From assembly GCA_023267195.1 (NCBI GenBank), contig JAHFNT010000002.1:23830-87829 (forward strand): a stretch of DNA of 64,000 nucleotides. Direction: 5' to 3'. This stretch comes from Candidatus Nomurabacteria bacterium. GTDB lineage: Bacteria; Patescibacteriota; Minisyncoccia; Phycocordibacterales; UBA9973. Made by a program: the position numbers and the translations under genes. Shown piece by piece: positions 42,452 to 48,758 of the stretch. The notes below the pieces were generated by a model. That model saw nothing but the letters and a program-made list of their open reading frames with translations. It was not told the DNA's origin and did no database searches. The number at the start of each line of letters is the position of its first letter. Positions within the stretch are counted from its first letter, which is position 1.

Positions 42452-43352
42452 AATTTTCTCTTAACTTCGCAATCTGATAAATACTAAACACCAAAATAAT
42501 CGCGGCAATCCATTGGGAAACGGAAAGTACTGTATGATTTACAATAAAATCTAAGAGAATAGCGACAAATGGAAAAGTTAATTCAAGAATGGTGGAGATA
42601 TGCACTGGGGTTTTTGCCAATCCTCTATAATAAATAAGAAGTGCAACCATACCCGTAGAAATGGCAATCAGTAGTAGAAATCCAAACTGAGGAAGATTTG
42701 GCATAGCCAAGTTTGCGTCGATAGACTTTCCAAAAATAAATAAAATTGGTAAAGCTATAATAACAGTAAATAGAAATCTATAGAAAGTACTAACCTTGAA
42801 ATCCACCTTGCCTAAAAGCATTTTCGAAAAAGTGGTGGAAGAACCCCAGGCAAAAGCGGCACCAAGGGCATACAAGGCGGCTACGATCGTCCCCTCGCCT
42901 GTCTGTAAATTTACGACACCCTTGGGGAAAGTTACAAAATAAGCCGAAAGGATTGCAAGCAATGCCCATTTGATATATCTCTTATCCAACTTTTCTTTTA
43001 AGAAAATACGCGCCGTGGTGATAGCAAAGATTGGCTGAAGTTTTTGTAATAAAAATACGACAGAGATGGTGATAAAGTGAACTTTCCCGAGGGCAGTCGT
43101 GAACCAAAGTGTCCCAAAAAGTCCACTCAAAACAGCAATCAAAGCAATGAGCCACCATTCGCGCTTGGTCAGTTTGGTTTCTAAAACATATTTAAAAACA
43201 AAAGGAGATAAAACAATTAAGCCAATCAGGTGCTCGAAGAAAATTATGGTGATCGGTGGTAATGTGTAGAGGTGTTGACGAATGAGTCCGTCGAAGGCCC
43301 AGAGCAATGCTGCAATAATTATGAAAACAGGACCCGAGAAATCTTTTAGCAT
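42441..43352 (-). CDS. EamA/DMT family transporter
   Basis: About ten TM helices in two repeats; LQP.F......FLKEK motif. Confidence 0.85.
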   Translation of the reverse strand: MLKDFSGPVFIIIAALLWAFDGLIRQHLYTLPPITIIFFEHLIGLIVLSPFVFKYVLETKLTKREWWLIALIAVLSGLFGTLWFTTALGKVHFITISVVFLLQKLQPIFAITTARIFLKEKLDKRYIKWALLAILSAYFVTFPKGVVNLQTGEGTIVAALYALGAAFAWGSSTTFSKMLLGKVDFKVSTFYRFLFTVIIALPILFIFGKSIDANLAMPNLPQFGFLLLIAISTGMVALLIYYRGLAKTPVHISTILELTFPFVAILLDFIVNHTVLSVSQWIAAIILVFSIYQIAKLRENYVQ

Positions 43353-43675
43353 AATTTTATATCTTTTTTTATTTGAATAATCAATTCTTCTTCGGTATTA
43401 AATTTTTTAAATTCTCGCAAAAATTTTTTAATTTCTAAAGTCACTTCTTTTCCGTACGCATCGCCATCATATCCTATCAGGTACGCTTCTATTTTCTTGG
43501 CTGGGCCAATAACAATGCCTGCGCGATAAATTTTCCCTTCTAGCTCTCCGACCCCAGCATAAACACCATCCAGCGGAAGCTCTTTCGTGTCCGTCTCTAA
43601 ATTCACTGTAGGAAAACCAATTTTTCTACCATACCCATCACCCTTTATCACTGTGCCGGAAATTGTAAATTTCAT
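43346..43675 (-). CDS. Stand-alone riboflavin kinase domain
   Basis: G.V.KG...GRKIGFPTVN, GVYA, IEAY, FLRE..KF....ELI.QI..DI. Confidence 0.85.
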   Translation of the reverse strand: MKFTISGTVIKGDGYGRKIGFPTVNLETDTKELPLDGVYAGVGELEGKIYRAGIVIGPAKKIEAYLIGYDGDAYGKEVTLEIKKFLREFKKFNTEEELIIQIKKDIKLC

Positions 43676-43682
43676 TCAAAAA

Positions 43683-45077
43683 TTATTTAGACAATTTTAT
43701 GCCTAGCTCTTTCAATTGCTTTTCTGTTATCGGTGCTGGAGAACCCATCATTAAATCTTTGCCTTCACCGGTCTTCGGAAACGCAATTACTTCACGAATA
43801 TTTGGTTCGTTTTGCAAAATCATTACAATACGATCGATGCCAGGAGCAAAACCGCCGTGTGGGGGGGCTCCGTAAGTAAACGCTTCGAGCATATGGCCAA
43901 ATTTTTTCCGCTGTTCTTCTTCAGAAATATTTAAAAGTTTGAAAACTTGCTTTTGAATATCTCTCTCATGAATACGAATACTACCAGAAGAAAGTTCGTA
44001 GCCATTTAGTACTAAATCATAAGCATTGGCGCGAATCGAAAATAAATCTTCGCCCTTCCTAAACTTTTCTTTATCTTCCTCTTTTATTGAACAAAACGGA
44101 TGATGTACTGCTTGAAGTTCTCCCTCGTCTGTTTTTTCAAACATGGGAAAATCTAAAACCCACGCAAAAGCAAGCTCGTTCGGGTCATCCTTGTTCACCC
44201 GCATGTCTGGTTTATCTGATTTATACTTTTCCATAGATTCGGCATAAGAAATTCTCGGAAAAGGAATTTGGGTTATTTTTTTCTCTGGATAAACATTTTT
44301 TATCAATTCAATAAACATTGCCTCGGTGTATTCCAGCACTTCTTCTTGAGTTATGAAAGACATCTCAAAATCAAGCTGAGTAAATTCTGGTTGTCTGTCC
44401 CCCCTTGTGTCTTCATCGCGCATACAACGCGCAATTTGAAAATATTTTTCAAATCCAGCCACCATGCAAAGCTGTTTGAACTGTTGTGGAGATTGAGGTA
44501 AAACATAAAAGTTTCCGTTAAAAAGTCTGGACGGGACCACATACTCACGAGAGCCTTCTGGCGTCCCTTTCATTAATATCGGAGTTTCAATTTCAATAAA
44601 ACCATTATCATGCATATATTTACGAAAAAAAGTAATTATTTTATCTCGCATACGAATATTTTTTTGCATTCTTTCGGTACGCAAATCGAGGTATTTATAT
44701 TTCATTCTCAAATCCTCATCTACATTAGAGGTACTCTCATTGATTTGGAAGGGTGCTGTTTCTGCTTTATTTAAAACTTCTACACCAATAACTTCCAGCT
44801 CCACATTTCCATTCAAAACATCCGCTTTTATATTTTTTTCTGGACGTTTATTTACCAGACCGGTAATTTTCAAAACCCACTCTGGCCTTATTTCTTTGGC
44901 TTTTTCTATTGCTTCAGTGTGGCTTGGAAGCGTCACGCATTGCACCTTGCCAGTCATATCTCGCATATCGAAAAATACCATTTTCCCTTGATCCCGCCTC
45001 ACGTCTACCCAGCCCGCAATAATGACTTCTTTGCCAATATGGTCTTTTAAATCTTTTATATATACTCTGTTACGCAT
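43683..45077 (-). CDS. aspS: Aspartate-tRNA ligase (compact form)
   Basis: OB fold, YLDLR, LPQSPQ.FKQ, RDED.R.DRQPEFTQ, GAPPHGG.A.GIDR. Confidence 0.95.
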   Translation of the reverse strand: MRNRVYIKDLKDHIGKEVIIAGWVDVRRDQGKMVFFDMRDMTGKVQCVTLPSHTEAIEKAKEIRPEWVLKITGLVNKRPEKNIKADVLNGNVELEVIGVEVLNKAETAPFQINESTSNVDEDLRMKYKYLDLRTERMQKNIRMRDKIITFFRKYMHDNGFIEIETPILMKGTPEGSREYVVPSRLFNGNFYVLPQSPQQFKQLCMVAGFEKYFQIARCMRDEDTRGDRQPEFTQLDFEMSFITQEEVLEYTEAMFIELIKNVYPEKKITQIPFPRISYAESMEKYKSDKPDMRVNKDDPNELAFAWVLDFPMFEKTDEGELQAVHHPFCSIKEEDKEKFRKGEDLFSIRANAYDLVLNGYELSSGSIRIHERDIQKQVFKLLNISEEEQRKKFGHMLEAFTYGAPPHGGFAPGIDRIVMILQNEPNIREVIAFPKTGEGKDLMMGSPAPITEKQLKELGIKLSK

Positions 45078-45099
45078 AAAATGATTGTAGCATAAAAAA

Positions 45100-46119
45100 T
45101 TAATTTCCGTTGTGCCAAAGTTCGGTTACCGAATCGCCGTTGTGCAAGTTGTCTATAATCTTGGCAAGCAGTTTAGAAGTTTCGATGATTTCAAGTTTTT
45201 TTATTTTTTTCTTGTTTTCCTCTGAAATACAAGAATCACTAAACCAAACAGCCTTGAAAGGCGCCTGGTTTAGATTTTCCACTGCTTCGCCAGAAAGTAT
45301 AGCGTGGGTCGCAGTAAAATATACATCTTTGGCACCATTTTCTTTTAAAGTTTTTAGCGCTTTTACTGCGGTACCGCAAGTGTCTGCCATATCGTCTGGA
45401 ATAATGCAGTTGAAACCTTTCGCCTCCCCGATTACTTCCATGACTTCATTATGATTAATTTTTTTGGGGTCGCGGAATTTATTTATGATAATAATATTTT
45501 CTGGAATTCCTAACTGTTGAGCTAGTTTTCGGCAAGCAGGCGCGGCACCCAAGTCTGGCGCCACGATTTTAAACTTTTCCAAATTAAATTTTTTTGAACG
45601 TATATGTTTTAAAAGAAGATCATTTACGTTTACATCGACAACAGGGATAGTCAGCGGATGCGCATTATAGCTTGAAGGATTATGCAGATGTAAAACTACA
45701 ATCCGATGCGCTCCAGCCATTTGTAAACGCATTGGAACTTTTTGGGAAAGCACAGGTTCTCGATGATTTGAAGGTTTGTCCTGTCTCGCATATGGCAGAC
45801 AAGGCATCACGACAGTAACACGGGCAGGCTCGCCTTGTTTCAAAGCATAAACCAGAGATTCGCATTCATCTAAGTCATTTGCCAATATTTCTTTATTTCC
45901 AAAACGTGGCTGAATAATCAAATAAACATCGCGGTCTCGGACCGACTCGGTATGATGGACTAAATATTCTCCATTTTTAAATTCTTTATAATTAACCGGC
46001 GCCAGCTTATTTTTTAAAAGTTTAGCAACTTTCAGCGCTAGAGTTTGATTGATTCCGTTCGGACTTCCGTATAACTTCAAAGGGTAAGGGTTCAAGTTTA
46101 TCTGATTTCCACTTGTCAT
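45100..46119 (-). CDS. prs: Ribose-phosphate pyrophosphokinase
   Basis: F.NGE, VRDRDV, PYARQDK, APDLGA, DDMADTCGT, ATHA. Confidence 0.92.
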   Translation of the reverse strand: MTSGNQINLNPYPLKLYGSPNGINQTLALKVAKLLKNKLAPVNYKEFKNGEYLVHHTESVRDRDVYLIIQPRFGNKEILANDLDECESLVYALKQGEPARVTVVMPCLPYARQDKPSNHREPVLSQKVPMRLQMAGAHRIVVLHLHNPSSYNAHPLTIPVVDVNVNDLLLKHIRSKKFNLEKFKIVAPDLGAAPACRKLAQQLGIPENIIIINKFRDPKKINHNEVMEVIGEAKGFNCIIPDDMADTCGTAVKALKTLKENGAKDVYFTATHAILSGEAVENLNQAPFKAVWFSDSCISEENKKKIKKLEIIETSKLLAKIIDNLHNGDSVTELWHNGN

Positions 46120-46140
46120 ATTAAAAATACTCTAGCATAA

Positions 46141-46187
46141 AAAAGAAAAAATGGCGACCGGCTTCCGTGAAAGGAAGCTGGCCGCCA
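46141..46187 (-). terminator. Intrinsic terminator of cassette A
   Basis: TGGCGGCCAGCTTCC-TTTCAC-GGAAGCCGGTCGCCA followed by TTTTTTCTTTT; homologous to 46771-46815. Confidence 0.8.
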
Positions 46188-46242
46188 ATACCCAGATAGT
46201 GCTGGACGCACAGCGGGGGGCCAGTTCCGCCGATCCGTGGCC

Positions 46243-46269
46243 CTACCTAAACGGCCAGTAGTGGTACAC
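46243..46269 (-). CDS. 8-codon mini-ORF (M)YHYWPFR
   Basis: AAAGGGAGGTGG SD, then GTG TAC CAC TAC TGG CCG TTT AGG TAG; positional homolog of 46854-46880. Confidence 0.55.
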   Translation of the reverse strand: MYHYWPFR

Positions 46270-46327
46270 TCTTCCACCACCTCCCTTTAAGTGTTTTACT
46301 CTTTATGCTCGAATGCGTCGAGCGGCG

Positions 46328-46528
46328 CTAACTGGGAGAAACGCAGTTCTTGGTATCGAGTTCTACCCTAAGAGAAGCCTCGTCCCTGTTCCCTGTGGGG
46401 TAGCCAAATGTTCCAGTTACCACATTACGACAATCCACACAGGAAAGCATGATGATCCCGGCATGAAGCTTCTCGAGGTAAACCGACTTATTTACGCAAG
46501 AATGTACGCGAGTTTTGGTTTCCACCAT
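46328..46528 (-). CDS. 66-aa small protein, possible zinc ribbon (H-x-C...CxxC)
   Basis: AAGGAG SD 7 nt before ATG; HSC and CVDC motifs; lies inside cassette A. Confidence 0.6.
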   Translation of the reverse strand: MVETKTRVHSCVNKSVYLEKLHAGIIMLSCVDCRNVVTGTFGYPTGNRDEASLRVELDTKNCVSPS

Positions 46529-46635
46529 TGGTCTACTCCTTTTTCTATTGTCGACGAACTAGGTGTTCTCGCGAAACGAGAACACCAGCCTTCGGTGGCT
46601 GGTGTTTGAGTTGTAAGTTATGTTTTTGAGTATTT

Positions 46636-46719
46636 TTACAGCGCAAATATCAGCCTTCGAAGACCTTTGGTAAAGCTGAAAAAGAAATAACTATTTGCTT
46701 GTATGTTGTTTTTATTCAC
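46636..46719 (-). CDS. Putative Phe-rich leader peptide (M)NKNNIQANSYFFFSFTKGLRRLIFAL
   Basis: GTG exactly 6 nt after -10 TATACT (the genome's leaderless spacing); YFFFSF cluster; overlapping alternative hairpins downstream. Confidence 0.6.
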   Translation of the reverse strand: MNKNNIQANSYFFFSFTKGLRRLIFAL

Positions 46720-46725
46720 AAGCAC

Positions 46726-46770
46726 AGTATAGCGTATATTTTAAAAAAGACAAATTTAATTTGTGGATAA
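46726..46770 (-). promoter_or_regulatory. Cassette A promoter: DnaA box TTATCCACA (46762-46770), -35 TTGTCT, -10 TATACT
   Basis: Box, 8 nt, -35 (46748-46753), 16 nt, -10 (46726-46731); spacing identical to cassette B. Confidence 0.7.
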
Positions 46771-46815
46771 ATTTAAAATCGGCGACCGGTCCCATGAAAG
46801 AAACCAGTCGCCGAT
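46771..46815 (-). terminator. Terminator of cassette B
   Basis: ATCGGCGACTGGT-TTCTTTCATGGG-ACCGGTCGCCGAT followed by TTTAAAT. Confidence 0.75.
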
Positions 46816-46853
46816 GCGATGCGGTGGGCCAAGCCGCTTTTACCCCTCCGGCC

Positions 46854-46880
46854 CTAACGCCACTCAGGATCCCAAAGCAT
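46854..46880 (-). CDS. 8-codon mini-ORF MLWDPEWR
   Basis: AAGGGAGGTGATCC SD, then ATG CTT TGG GAT CCT GAG TGG CGT TAG; upstream ORF stops inside this SD. Confidence 0.6.
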   Translation of the reverse strand: MLWDPEWR

Positions 46881-46885
46881 GCGGA

Positions 46886-47062
46886 TCACCTCCCTTCGAT
46901 CCTTGCCTCCGATCCCTTACCAGATAGTCTGAGCTCAGAACGCAGTCTTCTGTTTTCTTCCTTGAGTTGATCAATCTCATTCAACAACTTGTCGATTGCG
47001 TTTCTGAGTCTTTCTCCTTCGGTTTCGCTATTGATCCTGGCAAGCGAAAAGGAATCCCACAT
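46886..47062 (-). CDS. 58-aa coiled-coil protein MWDSFSLARINSETEGERLRNAIDKLLNEIDQLKEENRRLRSELRLSGKGSEARIEGR (not in the ORF track)
   Basis: GGAGGTGA SD; heptad pattern L..EI..LK.EN..LR.EL; manually translated. Confidence 0.7.
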   Translation of the reverse strand: MWDSFSLARINSETEGERLRNAIDKLLNEIDQLKEENRRLRSELRLSGKGSEARIEGR

Positions 47063-47074
47063 GATTTCACCTCC

Positions 47075-47180
47075 AAAGAACGAAAATCAGCACTTCGATT
47101 GCGCTGTTTAATTAATTCCTTGTTTGGTTCGGTAGAAAAAAGAAATCAACAGAATAGCGCAAAAGCGGATGGTTTTGCGC
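47075..47180 (-). promoter_or_regulatory. Trp attenuator-like alternative hairpins
   Basis: 1:2 GCGCAAAA/TTTTGCGC; 2:3 TTGCGCT/AGCGCAA; 3:4 CAGCGC-AATCGAA-GTGCTG followed by ATTTTCGTTCTTT. Confidence 0.65.
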
Positions 47181-47232
47181 CCCACCAAGATTTCGTTAAT
47201 GTATGTATTTTGTAGTTCTGTTTCATATTCAT
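47146..47232 (-). CDS. Putative Trp leader peptide MNMKQNYKIHTLTKSWWGAKPSAFALFC
   Basis: Tandem TGG TGG immediately before attenuator segment 1; directly downstream of trpS-trpR. Confidence 0.65.
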   Translation of the reverse strand: MNMKQNYKIHTLTKSWWGAKPSAFALFC

Positions 47233-47246
47233 ATTCTTTCACACCA

Positions 47247-47274
47247 ATACTCTTGTATCTATGTACTAGTACAT
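47247..47274. promoter_or_regulatory. Putative TrpR operator
   Basis: Palindrome ATGTACTAGTACAT with 8-bp-phased degenerate half-sites (ATACTCTT GTATCTAT GTACTAGT AC) over the predicted +1; adjacent trpR. Confidence 0.55.
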
Positions 47275-47317
47275 GATAACATGATAAAAAAATAATGCAA
47301 ATAATGCATGTGGATAA
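47273..47317 (-). promoter_or_regulatory. Cassette B promoter: DnaA box TTATCCACA (47309-47317), -35 TTGCAT, extended -10 TGtTATCAT
   Basis: Box, 8 nt, -35 (47295-47300), 16 nt, -10 (47273-47278). Confidence 0.7.
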
Positions 47318-47330
47318 GTGGGATAAGAAA

Positions 47331-47627
47331 TTATTTACCCAACTTTTTGAACATTAAATTAAAACCGCCATTTTTATTGCGTAATTCACGAGATCCGCGA
47401 GTGACCGTACTAATACCGAGCCCTAAATCCCCCGCTACGGATCTATGGGTCTCTCCTTTATTTAATTTTTTAACTATTTGCCACCTTAAAGCCATAGTTT
47501 CAAATTCTGCGGGAGTAAAAATATCTATCAAGAACTCTGCCATTAAATTTTTATCACCATCAATTTTAGAAAAAACTTCTATTAATTCTTTCTTATATTC
47601 TGAGATTTTTTTGTTAACGTGCCTCAT
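47331..47627 (-). CDS. trpR: Trp repressor family protein
   Basis: FTPAE...MALRWQIV..L..G..HR.VA..LG.GISTVTRGS..L; follows trpS. Confidence 0.85.
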   Translation of the reverse strand: MRHVNKKISEYKKELIEVFSKIDGDKNLMAEFLIDIFTPAEFETMALRWQIVKKLNKGETHRSVAGDLGLGISTVTRGSRELRNKNGGFNLMFKKLGK

Positions 47628-47637
47628 GTTTTGAACT

Positions 47638-48645
47638 TTAAAAATAATCAATCTGAACTCTCATGCGAACCTGTTTCATTGTTTCTTTCGCAATTTCTCG
47701 TGCGTGCATTGTACCTTTTTCTAATATCTTCATCACGGCATCTTTATCTTTTGCCAATTCTTCCCTTTTTGTTCGTATTGGCGCCACTAATTTCTCTAGA
47801 ACTTCAATTAACCTCTTTTTTATAACAACATCACCAAGTCCACCTTTTTTATATTGTTTTTTCAGTTCTGTAATTTCTTCTTTATTTGGATCAAAGATAT
47901 CTAAATAAGTAAATACAACATTCCCTTCTACTTTCCCGGGATCATTAACATGAATATGATTTGGATCAGTATACATATTCATTACTTTTTTTGAAATTTC
48001 TTCGTAACTATCTGAAAGATAAATCGCATTATTTAAGGATTTACCCATTTTTGAATTTCCATCAATACCAATCAATCTTGGAGTATCACCCACTAGATGT
48101 TTAACATGACTAAAAGTTTCTCCGTAAAAACGATTAAAATCGTCTACAATTTCATTGGTCTGCTCAATCATGGGCTTTTGATCTTCACCAACTGGAACAA
48201 TGTTACTATGACAAAATAAAATATCTGCGGCCTGAGAAACAGGATGCATTAAAAATCCAGCCGGTACATCTTCTCCATAACCTTTGTCTTTCATTTCATC
48301 TTTTACTGTTGGATTTCTCTTGAGCCGCGCTAGTGTTACTAAATTTAGAAACAATACCGTAAGTTCAGCTATTTCCGGAATTTCAGATTGAATAAACATA
48401 GTCGTTTTATTTGGATCAAGTCCACAAGCCAAGTTGTCCAGAACCACTTCTAGAACATTTTCCCTTACTTTAGTTGGATTATCTGCATTAGAAGTTAGGG
48501 CTTGAATATCGGCAACCATATAGAAAGATTTGTCTACCTTACCCTGAAGCTTGACTCTATTTTGTATTGAACCTACAAAGTGCCCAAGGTGAAGTTTCCC
48601 TGTTGGCCTATCCCCTGTAAGTACTATTTTTTGTTTATTTTCCAT
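47638..48645 (-). CDS. trpS: Tryptophan-tRNA ligase
   Basis: TGDRPTGKLHLGH, PVSQAADI, VPVGEDQ, KMGKS. Confidence 0.97.
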   Translation of the reverse strand: MENKQKIVLTGDRPTGKLHLGHFVGSIQNRVKLQGKVDKSFYMVADIQALTSNADNPTKVRENVLEVVLDNLACGLDPNKTTMFIQSEIPEIAELTVLFLNLVTLARLKRNPTVKDEMKDKGYGEDVPAGFLMHPVSQAADILFCHSNIVPVGEDQKPMIEQTNEIVDDFNRFYGETFSHVKHLVGDTPRLIGIDGNSKMGKSLNNAIYLSDSYEEISKKVMNMYTDPNHIHVNDPGKVEGNVVFTYLDIFDPNKEEITELKKQYKKGGLGDVVIKKRLIEVLEKLVAPIRTKREELAKDKDAVMKILEKGTMHAREIAKETMKQVRMRVQIDYF

Positions 48646-48758
48646 GTTTTTATATTATCATACTTCATGGCTTCAGCACAGGGATCTTTCCACATTTTAG
48701 TAACACCATTACGCACTTTTTAGCTTTGACAATTTTATGGCTATGCTAGAATGACGCC

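Noticed and set aside
46883-46897. GGATCACCTCCCTTC resembles the 3' end of 16S rRNA
   Set aside because: No other rRNA sequence around it; better explained as the complement of a strong minus-strand SD.
46141-46900. tmRNA, RNase P, tRNA or HDV-like ribozyme identity for the GC-rich structured segments
   Set aside because: No tRNA-like ends, tag peptide or catalytic consensus recognised by eye; an Rfam search is still warranted.
46313-47215. Plus-strand ORFs 46313-46609, 46695-46970 and 46967-47215
   Set aside because: No SD or recognisable motifs; promoters, SDs and terminators all point to the minus strand.
46712-47317. oriC, suggested by DnaA boxes near dnaB
   Set aside because: Only two perfect boxes about 550 bp apart, each tied to a promoter; no dnaA/dnaN or dense box cluster in the window.
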